A stretch of DNA of 64,000 nt from assembly GCA_038087875.1 (NCBI GenBank), contig CM076000.1, positions 434,001 through 498,000 on the forward strand, read 5' to 3'. Shown piece after piece: positions 40,283 through 52,466 of this stretch (within the stretch, counting starts at the first letter, position 1; each line of letters starts with the position of its first letter). Source of the stretch: Malacoraja senta. Lineage: Eukaryota. A program made the translations under genes and the position numbers. The notes below the pieces were generated by a model. That model searched no databases. It worked only from the letters and a program-made list of their open reading frames with translations, and was not told where the DNA came from.

Positions 40283-40578
40283 GGGTGGCACAGCTGGTAG
40301 AGCTGCTGCCTCAGCGCCAGGGACACAGCTTGACCTTGGGGTTCTGCCTGTATGGAGTTTGTATGCTCTCCTCGGTTTCCTCCATGGGCTCTGGTTTCCT
40401 CCCACATCCAAAAGACTTGCAGGTTTGTAGGTTAATTGGCCCCTGTAAATTGCCCCTGGTGTGTAGGGAGTGGATGCAAAGGTGGGATAAGATAGAACAC
40501 ATGTGAACCAGTGATTGATGGTCAGTGTGGACTCGGTGGGAAAAAAGAGCCCATTTCCATGCTGTATCTAAACTAAAC
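40283..40578 (+). mobile_element. V-SINE/HE1-like SINE
   Basis: A-box-like tggcacagctggtag, core ggtttcctcccacatccaaaagac, (TAAAC)n tail. Confidence 0.8.
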
Positions 40579-41139
40579 ATAAAATTAAAATATCAATGAT
40601 GGAAGGACCATATCGCCTGGACAGTCTGTTGATCAAATGGACCATTTCCTCTCATGTGAGATTAAGCTTTAAGTTTTGTTCCAGTTTTGTTTCATTTGTA
40701 CAAACAAATGAAAAATGGAGTGCATTTCATCAAAATCAACTTGGGGTTTATACATGTCTGAAGAACCTTAAGGAGTTGGAATGCAAACCACTCATGTGGA
40801 AAATGTTCCAGCGATCACAACAATCATGCAACTATTCTCAACACAGACACCTCAGACTGTTGATCTAAATGCCACTCGGTATAAAAGGTTAGCGGCTAGA
40901 TCCTTTCTTGGTAGATTTATCAATGCATTTTTCTTATTTCACAAATATTACTATCACTGCTCAGCTCTGGTTTGGCTTTTTAAATGTCTAATCAGTGAAC
41001 TTCCTGTCTTCTAAATTCATACCAAAAAAGGCCATTAATTATGTCACTGAAAGCAATGATCTGACCACAATGCAAATCCATCAGTCAAGCAGAAATAGCA
41101 CTTCAGTTTTAGTTCAGTTTAGTTTATTTGGGAATTCAG

Positions 41140-41655
41140 TTTCATTTGGGAACAGCTCCATCCAAGACAGCAAGAAATTGCAGCAAATTGTGGATGCAGC
41201 CCAGACCATCACACAAACCAAGCTCCCATTGACTCCATTTATACCTCGCACTGCCTCGGTGAGGCCGGCAGCATAATCAAGGACGAGTCACACCCTGGCC
41301 ACTCCCACTTCTATCTTCTCCCATTGGGTAAAAGGTAGAGAAGTGTGAAAACGCACACCTCCAGATTCAGGAACAGTTTCTTCCCAGCTGTTATCAGGCA
41401 ACTGAACCACCCTAGCAACAACTAGAGAGCAGTCCTGAACTACTATATACCTCATTGGCGACCCTCGGACTGGATCTGATTGGACTTTTCTGGCTTTTAA
41501 TTGCACTAAACATTATTCCCTCATCATGTATCGATACACTGTAAATGGCTCGATTGTAATCAAGTATTGCCTTTCCGCTGACTGATTAGCACGCCACAAA
41601 AGCTTTTCACTGCACCTCGGTACACGTGACAAGAAACTAAACAATAAACTGAACT
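41140..41655 (+). mobile_element. Rex1/Babar-like LINE 3' fragment
   Basis: FGNSSIQDSKKLQQIVDAAQTI; ccagattcaggaacagtttcttcccagctgttatcagg; taaactgaactga tail. Confidence 0.72.
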
Positions 41656-41844
41656 GATTATTGTCACGTGTACAGAGGCACAGTGAAAAGCTTTTGTTTG
41701 TGTGATATCCAGTCAAAGACTGTAAATTAACACAATCAATCATGTCGTCCACAGTGAATAAAAGGTACACCATTTAATGCAAGATATAAAATTGAAGTCC
41801 GATAAAAGATAGCTCAAAGATCTCAGGACACCACTGTTAATTAA

Positions 41845-41878
41845 GTCTGAAGAAGGGTTTCGGCCCGAAACGTTACCT
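41845..41878 (+). ncRNA. Putative minimal hammerhead ribozyme motif
   Basis: CTGAAGA (41847-41853), extra A, stem II GGGT-TTCG-GCCC, GAAAC, GTT; palindromic ACGT in place of helix III. Activity untested. Confidence 0.6.
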
Positions 41879-41940
41879 ATTTCCTTCGCTCCATAGATGC
41901 TGCTGCACCCGCTGAGTTTCTCCAGCATTTTTGTGTACCT
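41845..41940 (+). mobile_element. 96-bp Penelope terminal-repeat insertion with a hammerhead-like core and 12-bp TSD
   Basis: actgttaattaa at 41833-41844 and 41941-41952; 41864-41940 is identical to the right arm of the 3366-3520 palindrome. Confidence 0.88.
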
Positions 41941-43331
41941 ACTGTTAATTAAATACATCTGCTTGAAAATCTTCCCCTTATCATGTCTCAATGGGTATTA
42001 GGAAGGTTCTAAAATGGGAAATGCCCCATCTAAGCTAGTCCCATTTGCCCGCATTTGGCCCATTTCCCTCCAAGCCTGGATTCTGCAATGTCTCATGCCA
42101 TTGACTGGAAATAAACTTGCTCAAGGGTGTAGCATTCACCCCAACAAACAAATGTTACTTCCTAATGGCAGAAGTCAATCTCTGCATCAAGATATCACTA
42201 TTGTGTCATCAAGGAAGCCAAGCAGCCAACAACATTGTGGTTTTCTATTATTGGCAATCAAATATCAAAACAAATCTCTAACCATTTCACACCATTAATT
42301 GGGATGTACGTCATTAAGTGTAAAACTGACACAATCTTTAATTAAAAAATTAACACCAAGTCATTTTGAAATAATCAGTCAAGGGAATGACAATCAACAC
42401 ATTAAATTATTTTTCTATGACCAGAGAAATTAAGCCTCAACTGTGTCCCAGTGCAACTTTTAAAATATGATTTACACATCATGCAGCAAAGTGTGACATT
42501 TAAGACATTTTACAGCAAGTGGTGTTTGTAAATACAGGCAATTCCCAGGATCCGCAAGGGTTCTATTCCCCAGAACTGTCCGTTTGCCGATTTCCCCACA
42601 AATTACAGTCATAGAATCATACAACACAGAAACAGGCGAAAGGGCCCAAACATCGGGCCGCCGTAGCGGTAACTACGGAGGGTTCAAAGGCCCCGACCAC
42701 AGGTGAACAAGAGGAAGATGACTGAACTTTATTGCGTTCCCTCACAGTGGGAAACGTTGATTCCGCTGTGTGGGGATGTTCATGTTAAATCCTATCGTGT
42801 ATTGTGTTCTTTTTATTCATATGGCTGTATGGTAACTCAAATATGACTGTACCAATTGGTGCATGTGATATTAATGTAACTTGAACTTGAGTATATCATA
42901 GACACATACAAACTGACCATTGCAGTTTTATCTACTATGCTGACTCAAATACAATTGCTGATAATTAGAGAGTCAGGAGGTTTGGAAAACAGTGGCTGAC
43001 CAAATACTAACTACAAAGACTACTTAGAATCCGGAAAGAGGGTGCCCAATGAGGAAATACCAGTGAATAGCTCACAGATACCAAGGAAAGGCTATGTCAT
43101 TAATGTTGAAATTGAAAGAAATACAAAGGATCGGAGGAATTAATAGTCAAGATGAAGAAATGTCAGACAAGTTGATCATAAACAGGTGGCAAGTTCACAG
43201 AAGGATGAAAATCCAAGGTTAATTAGATTGGCGCAATGAGGGACAGACTGAAATAACTGCCCTTTAACAGTTAATAAATGCCCCTTGTGTTACATAGTTT
43301 GTAGGCAAATAGAAAATGGAACAGAACCAAT

Positions 43332-44035
43332 TCATAGTCATACAGAAAAAGGCCCTTCAGCCCAAGTTCTTCCATCTACACTAGTTCCACTTGCCTGTAT
43401 TTGCCTCATATCCCTCTATAAAGGTATCCTATCCATGTACCTTTTCCAAATGTGTTCTAAGCATTGCGATAGTATCTATCTTAATTACCTGGGGGCGGCA
43501 CAGTGGGAGAGTTGCTGCCATACAGCGCCAGACCTGGGTTTGATCCAGACTATGGGTGCTGTCTATATGGAGTTTGTACGTTCTGCCTGTGACCGTGTGG
43601 GTTTTATCCAGGTGCTCCGGTTTCCTCCCACATGGCCAAGATGTGTAAGTTGGTAGGTTTATTGACTTCAGCAAATGGTAAATAGTCCCTGGTGTGTACG
43701 ATAGTATGAGTGTATGGGTGCTGGCTGGTCGGTGCGGCCTCCATGGACCAAAGGGTGTTTCTGTGCTGTATCTCTAAACTAAACTAAACCTTCTCTGGCA
43801 GTTCGGCCCATACATCCACCACTGTGTAAAAACGTTGCCCCTCAGCTACCCAATAAACCCCCCCTCACCTTAAACCTATGTTCTCTGTTTTTTGGTTCTC
43901 TAATGCTGTGCATTTACCCTATCTAATCCCCTCATGATCTTATACACGTCTATAAAATTACCCCTCATCCTCCTGCGTTCGAAGGAATAAAGTCCTAGCC
44001 TACTCAACCTCTCCCTATAGCTCAGGCCTTCGTAA
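43332..44035 (-). mobile_element. CR1/HER1 3' fragment interrupted by a + strand SINE (43490-43789)
   Basis: CR1 homology resumes on both sides of a SINE ending in (TAAAC)n. Confidence 0.75.
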
Positions 44036-44599
44036 CATTCTCAAGATTTTAGTCTTTTTAGTCGAACAATTTGTACTGCCAACTACTAACAAAAGTTATA
44101 AAGGCAAAGCCAACATTAAATTAAACTTTGATGTGTTGATAGAAATGTCATTCTGTGGAATAACAATTGAAACACAAGGCAGAGGTTTGGAGACCAGATT
44201 CAACTACCCATTCAGAAGTACCTTTAAAAAACCCCATTTTATAACGGTTTGCAATAAATGCTTAAAACAACCAGATATAGAAAAAAATTCAAAGATATTC
44301 AATACTAAAAATCACATTCTCACTGTCTCCATGGAACCACTGGCTTATGAACACACACATGGAGCAGTGCCACATTGGAAGCAGTTCCCCTCTATGAGGA
44401 GAATCAGTGGAGGACCCACACATATAACAAGCTGCATAACACCCTAACACACTCCACCTACACACAGTGTGAAACAATCTGCAGACTCCATCATCTCAGA
44501 ATCCACAAAACTGAAACAGCTTTACACACAAGGTATATACGCCAGGCTAGTTTAAAATCAAGGATCACTGGCATATTAACTTAAATGACCAAAGGACAA

Positions 44600-46040
44600 T
44601 ATTGCAACATATAGAAGTGGCTATTTATACAAAAGTTAGTGGCTTCAGGAAGCTAGGTGGAGAACATATTCCAATTAGCATAAATTTGTCCTGGACCAAC
44701 CACATTGAAAAAACACCAAAAAACACACAGGAATGTCTCTACTTCCGCAGAAGACAAAGTTCAACATGTCTGCAAAGTCTCACCAATTTCTGCAGATGTA
44801 CTATAGAAAGCATACTATCGGGATGCACAGTCAAGTCAATTGATACATTTACTGGCAACTGAACAATGACATTCTTATTTGCTGCAGGCTTGTTAATGCA
44901 ATAACACAGCTAAATATTTTATTAATAATGCAATGAATCCATCATGCATCCATTCAAGATCATTGTTGCTGAGATCGTGGTTAATGTTGCCTGGGAAGAA
45001 GCTGTTCTTGAATATGATGTTCACACTTTTCAGACTCCTGTATCTTTTCCCCAATGGTAGTAGCAAAATAAGAGTGTGGCTTGGGTGGTGCAGGTCTTTG
45101 ATGATATAGACTGAATTTTAAGGCAGTGCCTCCTATAGCTTCCTTCAATGGTGGGAAGGTCAGTACCTGTGATGGACCAAAAACAATGTTTACCACTCTC
45201 ATTTCTGGGTGTTTGAATTGTCAAACCAAGTTGTGATGCAGTCAGTATGTTCTCTACTGTAGACCTAGAGAAGTTCCATAGAGTATTCATCAACATACTA
45301 AATCTTCTTAATCTTCTCGGGAGGTGGATCAGCATGGTTTGGCAACAGTTCTCCAAGAATGTAAGAAATTGCAGAGTTTTGGATGTAACCTAGTCCATCA
45401 GACAGACCAACCACTCCACCAGACTCCATCTACACTTACACTGCAACAGGAAAGCAACTGACATAATCAAGAATCTTTTTCACCCTGGCAATCCCCTAAC
45501 CCAGTGCTTCTTAAACTATGTCAGTGTCATTCACCCTCGAGTCTTTATCACAAAATTTAATTCATGCTCGACTAAATTTTCTTATGTTTCTTGGTAATTT
45601 TCGTTATTTTCCCTTGTGTATAATTTTATATAGAATTTATTTTGTCACATGAGCAAAAAACATAAATTAACTCATTCACCCCAAAATAATTTCATTCACC
45701 CTTGGGTGAACCATTCACCAGTTTAAGAAGCACTGCCCTAACCAATCAGCTAGAAGATACAAAAGCTTGAACACCGACCACCAGATTCAGGAATAGCTTC
45801 TTCCACGCTGTTGTCCTTCTTGAGAACAGTCCTCCCATAAGCCAGGTTGTTAGGGATCTTCTACAGTACCTCATTGTGGACCTTAGACTTTTTCCTAATG
45901 CTGTAACACTGTATTCTACACTCTGGTATTTTGCTCTTTGCACTGTTATATTTGTGTATAGGTATGTACATTATGATTTGCTCTAATGGATAGCGCCAAA
46001 CAAGCTCTTTACTGTATCTCAGCACACGTGAAAATAATAA
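44600..46040. mobile_element. Nested Rex1/Babar-like fragments (+ host; - insert at about 44830-45325)
   Basis: NFCRCTIESILSGC on + stops at about 44830 and resumes (catggtttggcaac) at about 45330; the intervening DNA encodes NFSRSTVENILT on -. Confidence 0.62.
45502..45735. mobile_element. hAT-superfamily MITE (234 bp)
   Basis: Perfect 16-bp TIR cagtgcttcttaaact; 8-bp TSD ccctaacc at 45494-45501 and 45736-45743. Confidence 0.92.
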
Positions 46041-47091
46041 TTAACTACTAGTAGCAATGCCATCTCATTTTAGTACCTCGATGTGTGGAATAAATTCAGT
46101 CAAATCTCTGAATTGTGTTTTTGGCCATATAAAAAATATTTTTTGGAATCTGCATGTCATCGATAAAGACAGCATTTATTGTCCATCCATAATTGCCATT
46201 GAAAGAGGATGGCTCACTGTGAGGCTGAAGCTGTTGGCTTGCCAGTTTTGTCAAACCTGCCATGGTATGTAATAGCAGTGAACTTTGTAGCTGGTACAAA
46301 TTAAGCGACTATGCATTGACGACAGAGGATAGGAATATATAGGGAGGTGGATGGAATACCAATCAAGCAAGATTGCCTAGCCCTGGATGGACTTCAAATG
46401 TCATTGAAGCTACACAAAGCAAGTAGAGAATTGCACATCACATTTCTGAAGAGGAGCTGTTTATTTTGTCCCTCAAGACTTCCATTGTTTTATGTGATCG
46501 TGTCTAATCTGTGACCCAAACGTTTTTGTCTACATCTATAAATGGGAATAAACAAAATAATTCTCAGATTTGAAAATCGTTTAATGTAACAGAGTGATGC
46601 TTGAATATTGATAGAAGCCAAATTGGTGATCTGGTTTGAAGGCATAAATACCAAGAAATATGAACCCGTCTAGTCGATTATCTCACATGGCTTAGATATC
46701 AATGGATAAACTCCAACTACAGCTTAGCACAAAATCCAGTTTGAAAAGTTTCCATGGGACCATTAAGATTTTTAAAAGCTTAAACATAAATCTTTTTAAT
46801 TTTATGAGTGTACATTTTCTCCAGCAATCCGCTACATGGAGCAATTCACGTGGACCAAAGCATGCATTGCATCACATTTGTTAGAACACGAGACCTTTAT
46901 TAATAATAACACTCCAAATTACACTTCTTTCACTGCAAAGTAAACATTTCAAAATAATTCAGTGATGGATAGCCCATTGTTTTAACTCTCTGGTTCAGAT
47001 GTTTAACATATGACATGGCTCCCCAAGTGAATCAAAGAATAATTCACACACAAGCCACAGAAAATGAATTTTCAGACTCTTCTCAGTAATA

Positions 47092-47505
47092 GTCATAGAA
47101 TCCTAGTCATACAATGGGGAAACAGGCTCTTTGGCCCAACTTTCCCACACCAGCCATCATGTCCCACCTGCTTGTATTTGGCATATCCCTCCAAACCTGT
47201 TCTATCCACGGACCTGTCAAAATGCTTCTTAAACATTGAGATAGTACCTGCTTCGACTATCACCTCTGGCAGCTCATTCCATACACCCACCACACTGTGT
47301 GAAAATGTTACCATTCAGGTTGCTATTAAATCTTTCCTCCCTCACCTTAATCCCATGTCCACTGGTTCTCGATTCCCCTACTCTGGGCAAGAGACTCTGT
47401 GCATTTACCTGATCTACTCCACTCCCTCTCATGATTTTGCATACTTCTACAAGATCACCCCTCATCCTACTGCACTACAAGGAATAGAGTACTAGCCTGC
47501 TCAAA
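47092..47505 (-). mobile_element. CR1/HER1 3' fragment
   Basis: RGDLVEVCKIMRG, RTSGHGIKV, VVGVWNELPE. Confidence 0.82.
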
Positions 47506-50094
47506 CTAATAGAGTCCTAGTTAGCTCAACAAAATTCACTGCAGGTTTCTCAAATATGTATTTGCACTTGGGAGATCAACTTCTATAAAGCTAAAACTGC
47601 TCAGCGTTTAACAGCCACTTTCATTCACCATACATAACCTCAAATGTACAGAAGTTACTGGTAATGTTCCAAGTTCAGCAAGTGAAATAACAGTGATGAG
47701 CCACAGGGATAACAAATGAAGAACAAACCATGAACTACTTGAATGGTGTAAGCCTATGGGGAATGTCAGTCATACAGGCTGCATAATAGCAGTGGCATTA
47801 TGACCAGGGTAATCAAGGACCAGTCTCACCCTGGTCACACCCTCTTCTCCCCTCTCCAATCAACAAGAAGTTTGAAAACGCATACATCCAGATTCATGGA
47901 CAGCTTCTTCCCAGCTGTTATCAGGCAAATGAATGGTCATCTCATCAGCTAGAGTGCAGTCCTGACCTCCCATCCACCTCATTGGAGACTTTTGATGCGG
48001 GAGCTTCGATCGCCCTGACTACGGATGGTTTGACTGCCCCGACCGCAGGAGAATAAAGAGGAAGATTAGACTTTATTGCCTGCCTTCCATCACAGTGAGC
48101 AATGTGGGGAATCCACTGTGGTGGATGTTTATGTTAACTTTTATGTAGTTGTGTGTTGGTGCTTTTTTTTGTATGGCTGTATGGCAATTCGAGTTTCACT
48201 GTACCTTAATTGGTACACATGACAATAAACTGACCGTTGACCTTTAATCTAACTCTATCTTGTACTAAATGTTGTACTCTATCCTTTTACTGTACAGAAT
48301 GGGAGGCTTGATTGTATTTATGTAGTCTTTTCTTTGACTGGATAGTATGCAAAAAGCTTTCCACTGCACCTCAATACACGTGACAATACTAAACTATTTA
48401 TGCAGAAAATAAACAATCTTATACTTATAGAGTCATGAATATTAAAACAAACAATGGGGAAAAAAAGAGACAAAATACTGCAGTAACTCAGCGGGTCAGG
48501 CAGCATCCCTGAAGGATAGGGATAGGTGACATTTAGGGTTGGGACCCTTTAAGCTACCATTCTTTAGTTGTGAAACTGAAGCACGTTGCAATACATTTTT
48601 CTGGACCGTGACAAAATGTGCAGCATCCAAGATTACACTTTTCCACAAAGTATAAACCTCCTTTGAAATAAAGTATTGACACTTACTCACTCCCCTTTCA
48701 ACCCTGCCATAAATCACTCCCAGCAGGGAAAACGATGTGCTGCCAGGACTGCCAGTTTTATTCTATGTACTCACCAGTGACCAAGAATGACCCTGCCGTA
48801 GAAAGCAAATCAGGTAAACTAAAGGGATGCTCAATAGCTCAGCTGATACCACATAAGCAAGTGGTTCTATTAGGGTTCAAACCCACGTGTGGCAATGACT
48901 GAGATCAAGATAGGTTGAAATGGACCATGTTCAACATCTGCATATTTGCGAACCGATGCTATAACTGTAGCAAGACTGTAATAATTCAATAGAATCCACC
49001 TTTCATTTCGAGATTTCGAAGGTAAATTTGGCAACAGCCCCCCGTATCTGGTGCAGCCCGGAATTAAGTAGAAGCGGTCAAGGTGCAGGATTTATTGAGA
49101 TTACTTCGAGCCGAGACAAAGGAGGGTGGTTATAGAGGGGCGACCTGACAAAGATAAAGATAAACTGCAAACCTAGCGCGAGAGAGCAGCCAAAAGTCAA
49201 CGAGACCAGAACAAATAGGGGAAGTCTTTCCAAGGGAACTAGTACCAGAATCAAGACGTGATAGAAACTGTAACATGATTCGAATAACCTCAACACTGCA
49301 TAACATAAGGAGGAACAATACAGCAGTACATTTACATGGGGACAGTTAAAATAATCCAGATGCAGAAATAAGCCATCGCCCCACGAGAGGCAATAACTGC
49401 TGTCCAATGTTAATAATAAATAAAAGACACAGATACTCTCCCTCTTCCTTCTTGGATAACAGTCTCGGGTACTGACCATTTTAGAGTGAATTTCGAATAC
49501 ACGTTTGAGCGTCTCACGTCCTTTCTAATTACACTCTAACCCAATGCGACCTTCTAGAGAAGGGAAATTTATATCAACGCCCAGAAAATATTGGAAAACT
49601 GCATCAGCCGGAGACCAGACGGGAATCATTACATCCTGCGCCTTGACCAAAGCAGGTGCTGCCAAGCCCACATCATTCCGAGACCAGGTCACTTTGCATT
49701 AAAACCCCTTTTACATAGAGCAACAACAAGACTGAAAAATAAGTGGTGGCTACTTTCAAAGCCAATATTCTTTGAAAATTTAGCCTAAATTAACATCAGC
49801 TTTATTGTTTACATTTGGCAGTGGAGCCCAACACAAACAAGGATCATGACAGACAGCACCGTCAGGAACTCAGGCAACTCCCTTTATAATGTTTTTATTT
49901 TGCATCCAGCCAGCCAGCATGTGGATGCGAACACTACACTGCCTGCCGTGAACTTGTTCTCCTTTGATCAGCTGCCATTCGGCACACATCAAAGGGCGAG
50001 GACACCTGGCATTAATGCCGTGTGCGCTCCGAAAACGCCAAGGCTTAGAAACACTCCGGAGATCGTTTTATTACTCAAAAAATTTGTTACTCAC

Positions 50095-50166
50095 ATATCG
50101 CCTCAACTTCTTTTCTGGTGGGGATTTCCTCAACCAGCCGCAGCAAACCACCTCTCCTCCGCTCAT
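50095..50166 (-). CDS. GAB2: GAB2 first coding exon (start of PH domain), [24 protein letters not shown]
   Basis: 72-nt exon from caggATGa to a GTGAGT donor with the GAB-family N-terminus [16 protein letters not shown] and the position directly downstream of NARS2 on the same strand (known vertebrate synteny) favour GAB2 over GAB1. Confidence 0.93.
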
Positions 50167-50450
50167 CCTGACCAACGGGAAATATCGTACGGACGGCGCG
50201 CTCACATTCACTGAGACCCTGGCAGCTTTCCTTCTGCTCTTCTTCCTCCTTATATCGAGGGCTGCCTCTGCAAAGTTGCAGATAGATAGGTCCGTTAAAA
50301 CTGCAACCGTACTCAGCCCCGAAACTCCTCTTCCCAGATGCCGGGCTCATGTAGGAAGTAGCGAGCAGAGCTGTTGTCTCGGGTTGAGCCGCGCCCCGCC
50401 TACCCTGCCTTTAAAGGAGAACTCCGCCTCTTGGCACGTTGAAATAAAAC
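50167..50450 (-). promoter_or_regulatory. GAB2 5' UTR / proximal promoter in a CpG-enriched region
   Basis: CpG-rich relative to the background (about 49000-51400). GC box (gccccgcc, 50393-50400) and TTTAAA at about 50410-50415. TSS cannot be determined. Confidence 0.6.
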
Positions 50451-52466
50451 ATGTACTGCATTAATTATTCGTGAAAAAGATTTAACTAATTAAAAAAAAA
50501 CAATCTTTGAATGGATTGCCATGTACTGGCTGAGGGGTGGTCCAGTAGGAGAGAGAGAGATTACTACAACAGAGCGTCCCAGTTTCAAGTCCAGTGGAGC
50601 TCAGCTCTCGGCATCTTAAAGGTGAATCCCAGTGACATTGCCATCAACCAGAGGAGGAGATCATAAATCTAGAACAATTGACATGTTTAAATGGTCAAGG
50701 CATTGGAAGGACTGCGTCCGAAAGGCTCACGGGTTTTGCATGTCCTCGCAATTCCCAATTCAGAAAATATCATCGATTTAGTATTGTTACATCTGCATTT
50801 CCCTTCCTCGGGTGGATATGGCCTTTAAGGGGCGTGTTTTTTTGAAGTTGTGTTTGGGATACGCTTGTAAACATTGTTATGACAGTCGTGTTCCATTCTC
50901 TGATTATGTATGAAGACCGAGCACTTCTGCAGAACATTTCCGAATATGGTTACTGCAGCCAGAACCAGCTATTGTCAAGAAAATCGATTAACAAGAAAGT
51001 ACGTGTTTTTTTAAAAGCAGATATTTGCCAAAAAGAAAATCCTTATCCCGACGTTTTCGCCGTACCAGCAATTATTCTGGATGGTGCTGATTAGCACCAG
51101 CAGTTCTCTGCTACCCCGCCTTAGTTGCTAATTAACATGAGTTGAAACACATTATGTGCGGTTTAGTGGATTTTCAACAGAGTAATCGCCACCTCTTCGC
51201 AGCCACGCACATTGTTTGCAGGGATTATTGGAAAACAGTAACTGCATCCCACCCATTTCATTGTACCATTGGAACGGACCAGCAGCGAAATAATATTCAC
51301 ACGTTGTGTTGTATAGATCTTGGCATCTCGGTCTTCATCGTCACTCAGACCATCTGCATTCACTGATCTCACTGAAGCGCCCAATTCAACGCAGTCACTC
51401 AGAAGTTCTGCATTTAACTGACATCTTAAAAACAACAGATGAAGGATGATCATCTGGTAAATCCTAGATGGCGTAATGTAAGATTACATCACAAAATGTA
51501 ATTTGTGGTGCATTTTGGAATATTGCACACGTTTCTATGTAAACGTCTGAAAAACTATGAACAAGCAGACAAGATTTTAATGCAGACTTTTTAAGATGAA
51601 ACTATTTAAAATATGTTCAAATGCGCTAACCTATCAAAATTCGATGACTACATCTGAGATTTATTTTTAGATTGGTATTTAATTGAAAGATCACATTCCT
51701 TTGAAACATCTTGTTTACGTTTTGGAATTTAAAAAAAACACTATAGTGCTGTACACAAATCTATTTTAAATTACAATGTCATGTTATTTTTTGCTATTTT
51801 AAGATTAAGAAATGTAACTAATTTTTAAAAAATGACATTGCAATGTCAACCACGTAGCTTTATGGGAAAGAACTGTAGATGCTGGTTTAAATCGAAGGTA
51901 GACACAAAATGCTGGAGTAACTCAGCGGCACAGGCATGTCTGGAGAGATAGTTATTGGAATACAATTTGTATAAAGCAGATCTGATAAATGCTGATAAAG
52001 GTGATTGATTGTATACAGTTCCACTACAAATATTAAGACCCTACTTTTTAAAAATATGCACAATCTAACAATTTGTCTTGATGTCATTCCACCACACCCA
52101 CTCCCCGTTGGGATGTAAGAGCAACTTGTACAGCTGCTTGCAGACAGCTCTTACCCTGATGCCAAACTTCCCTTTTGGAAGGCATCACATTACTTCCATT
52201 GAAACATACTTTTCATACTCTGTAAAGCAAGTATCATCCCTCTCTTCTGATGTCAGTGCACATCCTGCAACATATGAGTCAGGGTGGAAAAGCACCTGCA
52301 CCATCTACACCCCCATTTGCATAATTTTATTCAGTACTAAAGTTCGGTCTTTCCTTGTCAAATATCCAATAAAAAAAGAGACCATGATGTGCTGGTTGGA
52401 AAATATCTTGAAGAGCTTCAAACTAAGTCCAGGTTTGAAGAAAATGCCAATAAGAAATAGTTAGTA

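Larger units (their letters stand above)
1..50094 (-). other. GAB2: GAB2 intron 1 (continues beyond the window start)
   Basis: Begins at the GTGAGT donor (50089-50094). No AWKKRWF-type exon 2 seen in the ORF track or by eye; content is repeat-dominated. Confidence 0.75.

Noticed and set aside
40283..40350. tRNA gene
   Set aside because: Degenerate tRNA-derived SINE head with no cloverleaf.
48765..48830. Possible alternative GAB2 exon ending in CTG|GTGAGT on the minus strand
   Set aside because: Only a donor-like motif; no supporting acceptor, start or homology.
50095..50166. Assignment as GAB1
   Set aside because: MSGGEVVC resembles GAB1, but LRRY and adjacency to NARS2 support GAB2. Not fully excluded without downstream exons.
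49846..50464. Plus-strand ORFs of 122 and 166 aa
   Set aside because: Antisense to GAB2 exon 1 in GC-richer DNA, with no recognisable homology.
50879..51094. Divergent gene or ORF from the GAB2 promoter
   Set aside because: Short ORF with no recognisable similarity; a divergent transcript cannot be supported from sequence alone.
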